IMG/VR virus record: IMGVR_UViG_3300019752_000001 | Strand: one strand, 5' to 3' | Length of the DNA stretch: 64,000 nt | DNA from: a virus | In this document: one piece after another, positions 40,114 through 50,764 of the stretch | Position numbering within the stretch: position 1 is the first letter of the stretch | Layout of the letters: every line of letters begins with the position of its first letter | The notes under the pieces: generated by a model | Seen by the model: the letters and a program-made list of their open reading frames with translations, nothing else | Told to the model about the DNA's origin: nothing | Databases searched by the model: none | Translations under genes and position numbers: made by a program

Positions 40114-40486
40114 ACCCCTCCTTAAGTACCCTATGCAAAGAAACTATAGCTCTACATCCTGTAATCTTAACATCCTTCCTAGAATAACACTGAGTACCTG
40201 ATAACAAGCAATCTGCAGAAGCATACTCAAACTTACCTTCACCATCTGTGTGATTGTGTAGGTTTATATCGAAGTTCTTAATAATATCCAAAAACTGAGC
40301 AGAGTTAGTTGTGGGAGAGAAGTCACACTTATTCATAATCCTGCCAAATGGAGCACGTTCAGCATCTAAGTGCCAAACTGTTCCACACTCAACACTATCA
40401 GAGGGATAATCAATGTACCCAAGCGCATACCCTACAGCTTCGTCTAACTCTTCTCCTGACAAGCTATCTACATTATCCATAGCCAT
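40100..40486 (-). CDS. NinX / DUF2591-like protein
   Basis: LSGEELDEAVGYALG...FSPTTN.AQ...GCRAIV. Confidence 0.65.
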   Translation of the reverse strand: MAMDNVDSLSGEELDEAVGYALGYIDYPSDSVECGTVWHLDAERAPFGRIMNKCDFSPTTNSAQFLDIIKNFDINLHNHTDGEGKFEYASADCLLSGTQCYSRKDVKITGCRAIVSLHRVLKEGFDGN

Positions 40487-41201
40487 AACTCCCTTCCCAA
40501 CTTTTCACTTCATCATCCACAGATTCATTAGCCTTCCTAATAAACTCAAAAGCTATCTCCTTAGGCGATGCAACACTCATACACATCTCAGCGACTAAGT
40601 AAACCTGTCTATACCGGAGAATATCTCCACGATTACTCCATTCAACCTGAACAAACACTTCCTGAAGATCATCCTCATCTTCTTCACATGTTACAACTTC
40701 CCAGGATAACTTTCCCCAACCTAGAATATCTTCTTCACACTGTTCAAGTGTGTCTGTGAAAACCTTTACAGTATTATTCACACTCTCACTCCCTAAACCA
40801 CTAAGCACCTTACTACAAAAATAGAGATAAAACTAACCCAAAAAGGAGCTGTACCATTTGAAGTAGGCTCTAAGTAGCTCCACACTGTTGAGATAGCTGA
40901 AGCAACTATTCCACTAACGAACAATAGAAATACATAGTACATATCAAGCCCCCTCTCCAGTATAATTACCAAGCCCCTTCATAATTTCATCAACTCGTTG
41001 CTTAGTATACCTTCCTGTATGATCAGGTTCCTTTTCCACCATAGCCTGAATCACAGAAAGCCTAGTCTTCTCGTTAGCAGCTTTGATAATCAGCTGGTCA
41101 AGTTCATAATTTCCACTCTCAGGGATGCACAGACGGATACAGGCATCTACTCTGGCTTCTGGTGAGAGGAGTGTAGTAGTGGGTTTGTATTGTTCAGTCA
41201 T
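40473..41201 (-). CDS. hypothetical proteins (40473-40808, 40944-41201)
   Basis: ORFs in operon. Confidence 0.45.
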
Positions 41202-41203
41202 TG

Positions 41204-41617
41204 TTAATCTCCTTGTGCAGGTACTAGTAAGAAGCAGTTTGCAGCTGCCTCTAAACCATCTTCTTTGTTTAGGAACTCTATAACAATATCTTCACCTTTA
41301 CTAAGGTATTTACTAACTTGTCCTATGCACCCATACCCTTCACCCTCTGGCCACTCCATATCAATACCATTATCCTGTATAATCTGTCCCATATCATCCC
41401 AGCAGTAAGCAGAGAACTGTGACCAAACTGTATCTTGTTCACCCTCCTCATTCTTCCCAGCAATCCAGCAAAGGTTTGGGTAGTTCTTGTGAAACCTCTC
41501 AGTGAAGCCGAAGTTATCCTGTATCTCCTTCTGAACCAAAAATCCTAACTTTTCAGCTACTGCACAGGATAACTCAAAACCTTGAAGCAAATTTTCTTTA
41601 GTGTAATACTTTGTCAT
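41204..41617 (-). CDS. NinX / DUF2591-like protein
   Basis: LQGFELSCAVAEKLG...CWDDMGQII...AAANCFL. Confidence 0.55.
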   Translation of the reverse strand: MTKYYTKENLLQGFELSCAVAEKLGFLVQKEIQDNFGFTERFHKNYPNLCWIAGKNEEGEQDTVWSQFSAYCWDDMGQIIQDNGIDMEWPEGEGYGCIGQVSKYLSKGEDIVIEFLNKEDGLEAAANCFLLVPAQGD

Positions 41618-42000
41618 CGTCCAGCTCCTTCACAGAATTCTTTCTCAAAATCTTCATCAGACATAAGTTTCAGTTGTTCTACTAAGTACAGACAAAACCG
41701 TTTACGAGATGCTCCGTACTCACTTTCCCAGTACTTCCCTTTTGAAAAGTAGAAACCTTGTTCAGCTCCATATTCAGGGTAAGGTACTGGAAAGTCTATA
41801 TCCCCGCTCCACTCCTCCCAACCTGAACAGAAAAAATCCGGTATCTGCCCAATATCTCCCCTGAATTCCTTCCAGAGAGCATAACAGATACCTCCATAAG
41901 CAGGCTTAGTACTCCCATCAGCCAACCCACCAAGAAACTCTATAACTTCCTGTTTAGGTGTAGCCTTATTATTCATCTCACTGTCCCTATTATGGCTCAT
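41614..42000 (-). CDS. GIC/PVP/GEYG family paralog 1
   Basis: GICYAL..WEEWSG..FPVP..W.SEYGASRKRFCLYL. Confidence 0.65.
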   Translation of the reverse strand: MSHNRDSEMNNKATPKQEVIEFLGGLADGSTKPAYGGICYALWKEFRGDIGQIPDFFCSGWEEWSGDIDFPVPYPEYGAEQGFYFSKGKYWESEYGASRKRFCLYLVEQLKLMSDEDFEKEFCEGAGR

Positions 42001-42001
42001 A

Positions 42002-42415
42002 TCATTCTCCTAAGATAAGGTTGTTAAAGGCTGCAATTGTCCAATGTGGTTTCTTAATCCGTGCGTTAGCAAATTGTTTAGCTAACCAGAGACATAAGCA
42101 CTTACGAGAGTTTCCGTATTCTCCTGTCCACTTATTTTCAGTGTGTCGGAAGATCACATAAGCCGCATACCTGCCTTCTATGTTAGGGTCAGGTACAGGG
42201 TGTGATAGGCTTCCTGTATATTCAGGCCATAAGGGCATCAACTGCCATGTAAGATTTCTGAGGTAGTAAGGAAGACGTAGTCCTTCAAGATTACCACAGA
42301 TACCAGTATCCTTGTTAGGTGCATCAGTTGCTAAGCTGGTAAATATATCTGACATCTTCTCTCTCCACGCAAAGTATGAAGCATCCAGCGTCAGGTAGGA
42401 ATAGAAAGTGTTCAT
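42002..42415 (-). CDS. GIC/PVP/GEYG family paralog 2
   Basis: GICGNL..WPEYTG..HPVP..WTGEYGNSRKCLCLWL. Confidence 0.65.
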   Translation of the reverse strand: MNTFYSYLTLDASYFAWREKMSDIFTSLATDAPNKDTGICGNLEGLRLPYYLRNLTWQLMPLWPEYTGSLSHPVPDPNIEGRYAAYVIFRHTENKWTGEYGNSRKCLCLWLAKQFANARIKKPHWTIAAFNNLILGE

Positions 42416-43347
42416 TGTGCATTCTCCTTCTGCTTGCAACCAGAACTCTTCCGAGCTTTGTCAGGGTTGTTTTCCATCCACTGCTGCACAAAATGTAACT
42501 GACCGCAACCTCCACCAATATCATCCTGCCCAGCAGGGTCAAAAACTCTTACACCGTAACCGTAGTTAAGTAGTTTCTCAGAGAAAGAAGTAGCCATCTT
42601 CCAAGCTTCTGTGTCACGACCTTTTGTAATATCCTTCTCACAAATTACAGAGACAGTAGCCTGCCATGTTTCTGGCTTGAACACCTCAGATAACCGCTGA
42701 GCATCCTCCTCTGTATCATTTCCGATATGTGTGCAATAGTTGAAGAAAGGAGACCGACCCGTTGCTGCATAAAACTCTTCACCCTTTTGGGCAATACCTT
42801 GTAAGTCTAGCTTAGCCTTGAATGGAATAAGTTTACTACGTTCCTCATCCAAGCTCTCATGTACACTGAATTGTAACCCAATGTTAGGGATACGAGAAGC
42901 TTGCTCAAACAACCACTGATAATCAACATCAGGTCCAGAAGTACTGACAAGGAGGGCTGCAGCAGGGTAACGAGAAGCCAACTCTTCCAAAACCTGTTCC
43001 ATGGTATTAGGTGTAAGCATTGGTTCGCCCATGGACATGAACATGATCTGGAGTTTATCAATTTTGTGAGGATCTTGTCCTGTCATAGACAAAGAATACT
43101 CAACCTGTTCTAACACCTCATTAACTGTAAGGTTACGTACAAAGTATTTCCCTGTTCCACAGAATGTGCAACCTACAGGACAACCACTCTGCACAGAACA
43201 ACAGATAACTGTACGTGTAAGGTAATCCGGGTAGGCGTATAGTACACTTTCAACAACAGCGTCATCTTTGGTGAATACAAACTTCTTAACTGATGTTTCT
43301 TCAGAGTTGAACTGTTCGATATTTGGCCAGTTTTTAGTAGAGGTCAT
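42412..43347 (-). CDS. RlmN/Cfr-family radical SAM RNA methyltransferase
   Basis: CSVQSGCPVGCTFCGTG, RNLT..E, MSMGEP, STSG, SVH, DIGGGCGQL. Confidence 0.85.
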   Translation of the reverse strand: MTSTKNWPNIEQFNSEETSVKKFVFTKDDAVVESVLYAYPDYLTRTVICCSVQSGCPVGCTFCGTGKYFVRNLTVNEVLEQVEYSLSMTGQDPHKIDKLQIMFMSMGEPMLTPNTMEQVLEELASRYPAAALLVSTSGPDVDYQWLFEQASRIPNIGLQFSVHESLDEERSKLIPFKAKLDLQGIAQKGEEFYAATGRSPFFNYCTHIGNDTEEDAQRLSEVFKPETWQATVSVICEKDITKGRDTEAWKMATSFSEKLLNYGYGVRVFDPAGQDDIGGGCGQLHFVQQWMENNPDKARKSSGCKQKENAQ

Positions 43348-43786
43348 TGTGCATTCTCCTGGATAGTTGAGTTTATAAGCTTTTTGATTGTGTGTAAGTT
43401 TTTAATCCTCTCGTCACCTGTACAGCAAAGTAATTCCTCTCCTTCTTGCAGCATTTTTTCTGCATACTCCAAGGCATCTGCGGCAGTTGGAGGGCAGTAT
43501 GCATAAATCTCACCTTCACTTAATAAGCACCATCTTAACTCTGCTGATCCAGTATCGATAATATTCATTGTACATTCTCCTTAACAGTTTCGTCATAACC
43601 ATGAAAACTTGTGTATGCAATGATAGGTTCTTGGTCATAGTGGAAATGCCCACCTACAACTATAAATTTACCATTAGGTTGAACACTAACATCTGCAACA
43701 TGATAAGGGAAGTGCTTAGATGCAATCTTAACCAACCAAGTACCCTCAGGTAGATCTTTGTAGTTGTCAATTTCTTTCCAGTTCAT
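43344..43786 (-). CDS. two small hypothetical proteins
   Basis: ATGA-coupled ORFs 43344-43568, 43565-43786. Confidence 0.5.
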
Positions 43787-44304
43787 TGTGTAGCTCCTTG
43801 TAAGGTTATTAGTTCTTCAATAGTGACTGGACGATAGTTCACTTGTTCACAGCATACTGACAAATACCGCTCATCGTCAACAGGTTTGTGATGTGTATGC
43901 CCGTAGATATTTTTAGCACCTCTCAACTCACAAGGGTGAATTGGACAGTGACTTAACCAAAACCCCTTATACTTAACTAAAGAGTGAATCTTAGCTGTCT
44001 GAGCCATGATACGTAGGTTTTGTTGCCTAACAGGTCTGTCTGTACAGTGATTACCTAGCACAACTTGAATATTCTTACAAGCCTTACTATAAGCCTCCCA
44101 ATATTTCATACTATCTTCTGTAAAGAATAGATCTCCAAGCAACCACAAAGTGTCTCTCTTGCCAACACCACTAAGAATTCTGTCTGACAAGATTTCATCG
44201 TGTTCCTCTACCGAGGTTATTTCTTGTCCAGCAATGTGTGTACGAAACTTACAGATGTTTGTGTGGCCATGGTGGAGGTCTGAGATGAACTTAACTTGAC
44301 TCAT
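43783..44304 (-). CDS. calcineurin-like metallophosphoesterase
   Basis: SDLHHGH, LLGD, LGNH, LSHCP, GHTH. Confidence 0.88.
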   Translation of the reverse strand: MSQVKFISDLHHGHTNICKFRTHIAGQEITSVEEHDEILSDRILSGVGKRDTLWLLGDLFFTEDSMKYWEAYSKACKNIQVVLGNHCTDRPVRQQNLRIMAQTAKIHSLVKYKGFWLSHCPIHPCELRGAKNIYGHTHHKPVDDERYLSVCCEQVNYRPVTIEELITLQGATQ

Positions 44305-44496
44305 ATTTATAACCTATCTCATTTACTCGTTCAATTTTACAGAGTTCAACACACAAACCATTATCACAAAGGACATATGTGTCATCTACATCAACCACTG
44401 TGCCGAAAGATTTAGTGTTAGGTACTATATCACTACTGTCGAACCTTATGAAGTCACCTACCAAAGGAGCTGGGCTTGTACGGAATCCCTGGAGAG

Positions 44497-44838
44497 TCAT
44501 AAACAATACTCCTCAAATTCCTCATCAGTCATCTTCTCAAGCACTTCTGCTAAGTACAGGCACAGACGCTTGCGAGATGCTCCATACTCACCTTCCCAGA
44601 GGTCATATATGTCAGTATAAGCTTGTTCTGCTCCACAAGGACTAGGTACAGGATACTCTGTATTTCCTGAGAACTCTTTCCACTCTGAACAATAAGATAC
44701 TACAAAGCGAGAACTAATTTTACAACATAAGAATAGATTTCGACAAATACCTTGGTAACACTTAACTCCAACAGTCCCCTCAGCCAGACCACGAAGATGT
44801 TCTATAGTGTTTTGTTTACGTTCTGTAATATTCATCAT
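44497..44838 (-). CDS. GIC/PVP/GEYG family paralog 3
   Basis: GICRNL..WKEFSG..YPVP..LWEGEYGASRKRLCLYL. Confidence 0.65.
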   Translation of the reverse strand: MMNITERKQNTIEHLRGLAEGTVGVKCYQGICRNLFLCCKISSRFVVSYCSEWKEFSGNTEYPVPSPCGAEQAYTDIYDLWEGEYGASRKRLCLYLAEVLEKMTDEEFEEYCL

Positions 44839-45376
44839 TAAGCCTCTACAAAGGTTTCATAAAATTTACTCAATACTACACTATCATCCAGCTCATTGTA
44901 GAAATCCATGTACGTGCCTACATAAATTTCCGTAAACTCTGCGGGAAGTTCGTCCCACAAAGCCTGACCGAAACGAAGACCTGGTGAGCTTTCCTGTTCA
45001 GAACGTACACGATTGATAAGAGTTTGAGCATCTGTATATGAAAGTTTCTGGTAGGTAGTCATCATAGGGTCTCCAACAAGGTTACAATTAAAGATACAGC
45101 TTTACTCATCTCATCTTCCGAAACAATAAAGATAGTGTAGCAGAAACTTTTATCGGTATCTACAATGGTGCAACCTTCACTCAATAAGGTGTCAACATGT
45201 TTTTGGAAACTGTACCAATACTGTGTGTTAGGGAAGTTTATCTCCAAATTTACCAGCCCTTCATCTGCTGTCATAACAATCAAGTTAAAATCTTTACCCA
45301 GGTTGTAGGTAATCTCTTGACAACCAGGCAGTTTGTTAATGTCTAAAAGATCCTGTTCGTTGTCTACCATATTCAT
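44838..45376 (-). CDS. two hypothetical proteins
   Basis: ORFs 44838-45065 (LRFGQAL), 45062-45376. Confidence 0.5.
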
Positions 45377-45420
45377 TGTGTAGTCCTCTACAATGTTGTG
45401 TTTCTTAGTTGATGTTGAGA

Positions 45421-45449
45421 AGTGTAGGTGAAGGGGATTGTCTTGTCAA
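45421..45449 (-). promoter_or_regulatory. sigma70 promoter
   Basis: TTGACA-17-TACACT. Confidence 0.75.
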
Positions 45450-45557
45450 TAACCTTAGAGACAAATACCTTAGTATTTCCTGTATAGCTCTGTGGCCTTG
45501 TGAGAACCTCTGTAAGGAGTTTTAATAACTCCCTATATAATCACATTACTAGAACGC

Positions 45558-45605
45558 AAAAAGACTCCACAGCCCTGTTTAGGAAGGCTGTGGAGTCTTT
45601 GTTTT
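45558..45605. terminator. bidirectional terminator
   Basis: AAAAAGACTCCACAGCC...GGCTGTGGAGTCTTT. Confidence 0.8.
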
Positions 45606-45657
45606 AGTGGTTGTCGTCTAACCAACGTTTAGATCATTTACATTTATGTACCTGTTC

Positions 45658-46427
45658 TCACATACGTCCTGTCAGAAAATACTTCAGTCGCTTACCAAAT
45701 CCTGCTGAAGCAATTTCTAAGTAGGTTTTATCTACCGTATCCTTCTCAGCACAAATGTCCTCTCGCAATTCATTGATAACCTTCTGCTGTTCATCTACCT
45801 GTGCAGTAAGTCCATCGATTACAGTGTTACGCTCAGCGAGACGCAGGTCTGTGTGTGAGGCTGAGTATTCATGAGCTGAAATAAGACTCTTAAGGTTATC
45901 TAAGTAGAAGTTTACACCTCCTAACATCTGATCAACCTCTTCTGTAAAGGCTACGCACTTAGATTCCTCCTCTCCTTGAATATCCACACCGTACACTGCT
46001 TCAGGTTCACCACCTCGGAACAGTTTCCAACTCATAGCATCACCTCGTGGGATATCCACTACTTGCGTAGTGATACCTGTGACAATAGTCATTTCTGTTG
46101 TGTTGTTAGTATTAGTCTTAATAGTCATCTTCTCATCCTCTCTCATTAAAATGTATGTACAATATCAACCCAGTGTGCTTGAGTTCCGTCATTGTACAGG
46201 ATACAAATCTGTTTACTTGTTTGTCCAATCTTGTTCATTAGAAACGGAACATGATAGTTTGTCAATGGAAATGACATACGAAACTCAGGAGGTAGATGAT
46301 TCACATGTAAACGTCTCACCTCAATGTGTTTGTCAGCTGCTCTGATGATTAGTTGTTTCTCAAACTCTTCTGTCAAGGAGAGCATCGCTTTGCTCTGCTT
46401 GATAGGTTCTCTTATGAAGTTGTCCAC
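45658..46427 (-). CDS. two hypothetical proteins
   Basis: ORFs 45658-46146 (coiled coil), 46146-46427. Confidence 0.5.
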
Positions 46428-46440
46428 ACTTTACCTTTTA

Positions 46441-46788
46441 TCATTTCACTGCCTCATACACAAAGATAGTTTTCTCTACTTCCTGTACTTGGAAGCAATC
46501 CCCTTCAGACCAATCTGTACCCTCCCAACTACTGTAGAAAGCCGTGTGCATCCAGTACTCTTCACAGCCTAACTTTTTATCTTTAATTAGAAGTACAACG
46601 TGGTAGTTCTCTCCTTCCCCTTCCCCACCTTCCTGCTCCGCACTGCATATAGTGTACTTTCCATCCTCTGTTTCGTAGGAAGAGGTACACTCTAGTTCTG
46701 AAAACATACTACCAAGTTCTTCCTCAAAACCTGCGGAGATAGCAACATCGTTAATATCAATAACACTGTCAGTGTTTTTAGTAGTCAT
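46441..46788 (-). CDS. small acidic protein coupled to the nucleotidyltransferase
   Basis: EQEGGEGEGENY...FYSSWEGTDW...EKTIFVYE. Confidence 0.6.
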   Translation of the reverse strand: MTTKNTDSVIDINDVAISAGFEEELGSMFSELECTSSYETEDGKYTICSAEQEGGEGEGENYHVVLLIKDKKLGCEEYWMHTAFYSSWEGTDWSEGDCFQVQEVEKTIFVYEAVK

Positions 46789-47558
46789 AGTAATTCCTTT
46801 ATCTTAGTTATGAAATGTTTATCTAAATCTTTTCTCTTCTTCATTACAGTTACAGCGTTCTCTATTACATAAGTGTTCCACCACCCTTTTGACAAAGAAG
46901 TTATTAACAAGTCTAAAGCCTTACTCTTAGCTACTGACAGCGGTAATTGTTTTTGTTTGTCCACAAACACCCATCGTTCAGCAGCTATAACATACAACTC
47001 TTCAAACACTGTTAGAAGTTTTTCCTCTTGAGACAAACCGCAGAACAACACCTCACTACAAATAGGTTTATCTTTATCCTGTCTGATAAGATTGTGTACA
47101 GGTTCTTCTCTAAAAGCTAGAAGTTTGTGCAGCTCGTCATGATCAAACCTCCTAGTAATTACATCTTTAAAGAAAGTTTGATTATTCTTATCAGAGAACG
47201 ATGCGCACTTTTTCCCAAACTTCCTTTCCCACAGAGACGTTAATATACTGTGAAGGTGTTTATCCAACCTAGCTCCGCACCTTTTCATAATATCAATATC
47301 TTTTAGGTGTTGTATCCATTTCCCATTCTTACCTTTCCAAGGGCAATGAGAAACCTTAATTGTATAAAGATAGTCCAGGTCTACGTACAGAGGGTGGTTA
47401 TTATTATCTACGACATATTGAAATGCCTCATCCCAATGTACATCTACACCAAGTTGCTTTTCTGTTGTACTTGACAGGACATCTAAATCAGAAGGAACAC
47501 GACCTAGCGTACCTCTTCCAACCCAATAATCAAGAGCTGTTGATCCAAAGATTAACAT
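46785..47558 (-). CDS. phage nucleotidyltransferase-fold protein
   Basis: LIFGSTAL...PSDLDV (GS..DxD), LYTIKVSH, FDHDELH, EELYVIAAER. Confidence 0.65.
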   Translation of the reverse strand: MLIFGSTALDYWVGRGTLGRVPSDLDVLSSTTEKQLGVDVHWDEAFQYVVDNNNHPLYVDLDYLYTIKVSHCPWKGKNGKWIQHLKDIDIMKRCGARLDKHLHSILTSLWERKFGKKCASFSDKNNQTFFKDVITRRFDHDELHKLLAFREEPVHNLIRQDKDKPICSEVLFCGLSQEEKLLTVFEELYVIAAERWVFVDKQKQLPLSVAKSKALDLLITSLSKGWWNTYVIENAVTVMKKRKDLDKHFITKIKELL

Positions 47559-47586
47559 AAGCTTTTTTAATTTCCTACTTTACCTT

Positions 47587-48582
47587 TTATAGGGTTCCTA
47601 CTCCAGTTGCTGCCTGCTCCATACGCTGCTTCTCAGCCTTATCAAGAACAGCTTTCTCAGCCCAATATTCAGGGTTATTGACCTTCTTACTAGGCTTCTT
47701 AGGGCCTTGTGGAGGCGTCTGTACAGCAGGCTTCTTAAGTCCACCTGCAATAGTAAGTTTATAACTGTCATCGAAAGGAACACTAACAACTTCACCATTA
47801 ACCTTATACAGGATAATCCCAGCAAGATGTTTTACAGGAACATTTACAACATTTGTACTGTTTACTGAGAATGTGTCTGTATTAGTGGTTGGTGATTGCA
47901 CATACTCAACATAGCGATTATCAACCTGATCATCACCTCCACCTTCTACGCTTCCCTGAACACCGTTCCAAGTAGTGATCTGAGTAGCTGTGAAGGTTGA
48001 AGCTTCCTCCCCTTTATCATCGCCCTCCTCAGCCTTGTAGATGAATGTTACTTTGTGTACCAGAGTTGCTGGGCAATGAACGAGAGGCTTCATCAAGGAT
48101 TCCTTCTTATTTTTGGTAGAGGTGTTATTCCTACCTTTCATCGAACTCTTACCCCGGAGTGTCCCTTGTTCAGCTTCATTCTTAGCCAGGAGGAAGGCAA
48201 CTGGGTGTATTGTTAGAAGATGCTTAACATTTACATAATGCCAATCATTTCCCTCAGAATTTAAAACAGCGATCTCATTATCCCTGTCAACCCCACGATC
48301 ACTGGTACTCCGAATGCTACCTTCTACGAAAATACTAGGGTGTTCCTCTTCTCCAACCAAGAACTTATTAAATGTCTTAGCGTCAGAAGCAAACACATAA
48401 ACCTTATCACCTCGCTCCCAACCTAACTGTTTGTTATAGTGCTTTCCTTCCACCAATTGCTCAGTGAATGAGAATCCAATCTGACCTGCTGCAGCCTTAC
48501 GTTCCTCCTTAGAGTAATTATCAAGGATTGACAAATCTTCTACGTAGTTCTCTGCGAAGTTTTTCTCATTAAATGTGGTCAT
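47587..48582 (-). CDS. hypothetical protein
   Basis: GGAG RBS at ATG 48582; own promoter TTGACA-17-TATTCT (48671-48643). Confidence 0.6.
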   Translation of the reverse strand: MTTFNEKNFAENYVEDLSILDNYSKEERKAAAGQIGFSFTEQLVEGKHYNKQLGWERGDKVYVFASDAKTFNKFLVGEEEHPSIFVEGSIRSTSDRGVDRDNEIAVLNSEGNDWHYVNVKHLLTIHPVAFLLAKNEAEQGTLRGKSSMKGRNNTSTKNKKESLMKPLVHCPATLVHKVTFIYKAEEGDDKGEEASTFTATQITTWNGVQGSVEGGGDDQVDNRYVEYVQSPTTNTDTFSVNSTNVVNVPVKHLAGIILYKVNGEVVSVPFDDSYKLTIAGGLKKPAVQTPPQGPKKPSKKVNNPEYWAEKAVLDKAEKQRMEQAATGVGTL

Positions 48583-48681
48583 TGTGTTCTCCTGTTGTAT
48601 AGTTTGTTGAGGTTTGTTAAGTTTTGTTGAGTCGATGAAGAGAGAATAATACACCCACTTCTCTCTGTCAACGTTTATTTC

Positions 48682-50049
48682 TCAGGCATTCAAAGCTTTC
48701 TCTTTCATCATATTGTAAAACTCCATGACATCTTCATCAATGACAATATCCTCTCTCCGTATCTTCCTGACAAGGTGAAGGTTCTCTACATTGGTCAGAC
48801 GAGAGAGTGCTACATAGGCTTGCCCTGCTGCAAAACATTTCCAACCTAAGTCAATAACAGCTCCATCTCGTATGGTGCTTCCCTGTACACGATGAACTGT
48901 CAATGCATCAGCCTGCAACACAGGAAATTGTGTCCAGCTCCCTACTACAACCTGATCAACTCTGTTACGTGCAGGGGTATCATCTGTGGCTGCTACAGCT
49001 GTTGTTACATAGTCTCGCTTCTCCCACTTAAATGGCTCAATCAGCACCTCCTCTCCTGTTGAGGCAAGCTTCACAACAATCTCAGTTACAGATAGATATG
49101 TAATCACTCCTGTAGATCCATTGTTGTATTGTCCGTTTACATCATTGGCTGTCAACAACACATTCAAACCTACCTTCAAGGCTAAGGTTTTAGGTGCTGG
49201 TTCCTCAGTCTTCTTGAATGTCCCCTTCACAACAGCTGGGTAGATGTGTTCCTCACTCCGATTCAAACTGTAATGCTTAGCGTTCTCAGCCTCAACCTTT
49301 GCATTAGTTGTGACAATTTTCAATGTATTTGTTGGAGGTCGAGTTGTGTAACAGTTTTGATTGAACCATGGAATAGCTATATCTAGTTCATGTCCGAAAC
49401 GAATACGTTCAAGGTTTTCTTTGAACACAGGATCAGAAGTACGCTCTACTTTATGGAGAATGATATAGTCAAAGTTTAGTTCATCCCACACATCACAATG
49501 GAAAGGGTATTTCCCTCCAAAGTGATCCATTACAAGTGTATGTTCTTTAGTCTTGGGTTGAAGGACAGGTTCAAGCTGGAACACATCTCCCATAACAACT
49601 ACTTGTAACCCCCCAAAAGGTAGGTTATTATTTTTAAGTTTACGTAGCTTCTGATCAATAGCCCAAAAACTATCTACTCTGTTCATGAATATTTCATCAA
49701 TGTAGACAGTTTTTATAACGTTTCCGCTGAACAGTTTCTTAGTTTTAGGGGATACCTTAGCCAACCCTTTCTCTGTAGGATACCCAATAGGGATACCAAA
49801 CACAGAATGACATGTAGAACCTCCAATATTGATAGCAGCCTTACCAGTAGGAGCTACGAAGATGGCACTGTCAGCTTGCAACAGTTTCATGTGATTGAGT
49901 AGCCAACTCTTACCACAACCTCCTGATCCAGATATGCAGACATTACTTCCAGATAGGATAGCATCACGGGCAGCTGCTTGTCCTTCGTTAAGAGGGAACT
50001 GCTTATCGGCTTCTTGTGTAACGGGGTTTACAGGTGTAAATAGTTTCAA
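48682..50049 (-). CDS. Pif1 / RecD-like SF1B helicase
   Basis: GSGGCGKS, APTGKAAINIGGSTCHS, IDE, PFGGLQV..GD..QL, TVHRVQG, GQAYVALSR. Confidence 0.93.
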   Translation of the reverse strand: MKLFTPVNPVTQEADKQFPLNEGQAAARDAILSGSNVCISGSGGCGKSWLLNHMKLLQADSAIFVAPTGKAAINIGGSTCHSVFGIPIGYPTEKGLAKVSPKTKKLFSGNVIKTVYIDEIFMNRVDSFWAIDQKLRKLKNNNLPFGGLQVVVMGDVFQLEPVLQPKTKEHTLVMDHFGGKYPFHCDVWDELNFDYIILHKVERTSDPVFKENLERIRFGHELDIAIPWFNQNCYTTRPPTNTLKIVTTNAKVEAENAKHYSLNRSEEHIYPAVVKGTFKKTEEPAPKTLALKVGLNVLLTANDVNGQYNNGSTGVITYLSVTEIVVKLASTGEEVLIEPFKWEKRDYVTTAVAATDDTPARNRVDQVVVGSWTQFPVLQADALTVHRVQGSTIRDGAVIDLGWKCFAAGQAYVALSRLTNVENLHLVRKIRREDIVIDEDVMEFYNMMKEKALNA

Positions 50050-50576
50050 TTATGCAAGCCCTCTAAAGTTTTATTAAGCTCTGCTTCAGTCAGAACATAC
50101 ACAATCACCTTCCAACCTTTATCACACAGCTCCTCTTCAATAATCTTTGACACAACTCGCCAGTCTCCTCCAGCCAATCCACAACCTATAAGAGGAAGGC
50201 CAATCTTAATATCCTCTCTTTCTCTGAATACATCAAGACATTGTTGCATACCTTTAAAGGAACTACGTAGGGCTGTGTAGTCTGTATCTAGTTCACCACG
50301 TTGACGACCATTCCAATGATACTGTCCGTATAGTCCAAAGACTGCAGGGTTATTGTGCGGAATAATGTCTGCAACAATAAACGTACCAAGCTTCTCTTTA
50401 TCACCCCTCTCTGTGTCATCATCAGCTTCACCCATTAAAGGAAAAGCCTTATCAATAAGAGGAGCAATCCCACTTTTACGTGTACAGAAACAGTTGAGCT
50501 GTTGAGCAATAACATCTACCTCACCAACCTTTGCAGCTTCTATTAAGTCACCTACTTTGTATTCTATCTTTGTCAT
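50046..50576 (-). CDS. macro domain (ADP-ribose) protein
   Basis: GDLI...IAQQLNC....SGIA, LPLIGCGLAGGDW. Confidence 0.88.
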   Translation of the reverse strand: MTKIEYKVGDLIEAAKVGEVDVIAQQLNCFCTRKSGIAPLIDKAFPLMGEADDDTERGDKEKLGTFIVADIIPHNNPAVFGLYGQYHWNGRQRGELDTDYTALRSSFKGMQQCLDVFREREDIKIGLPLIGCGLAGGDWRVVSKIIEEELCDKGWKVIVYVLTEAELNKTLEGLHN

Positions 50577-50764
50577 TAGTTGTTCCTCTTGATTAATAGT
50601 GTGCAGTCCTATCAGCAGCCTGTCTATCCTCGTGCATACAGCGTTTTATCTCTTCAGTCATACAATCACACCACTTAATAGAAAGCCTATCACAGAGCCT
50701 TACAGACGCTGTGAGAGGCTATACTGTTTATCTTATCTCAAATAACTATTACATCACACAAGAT

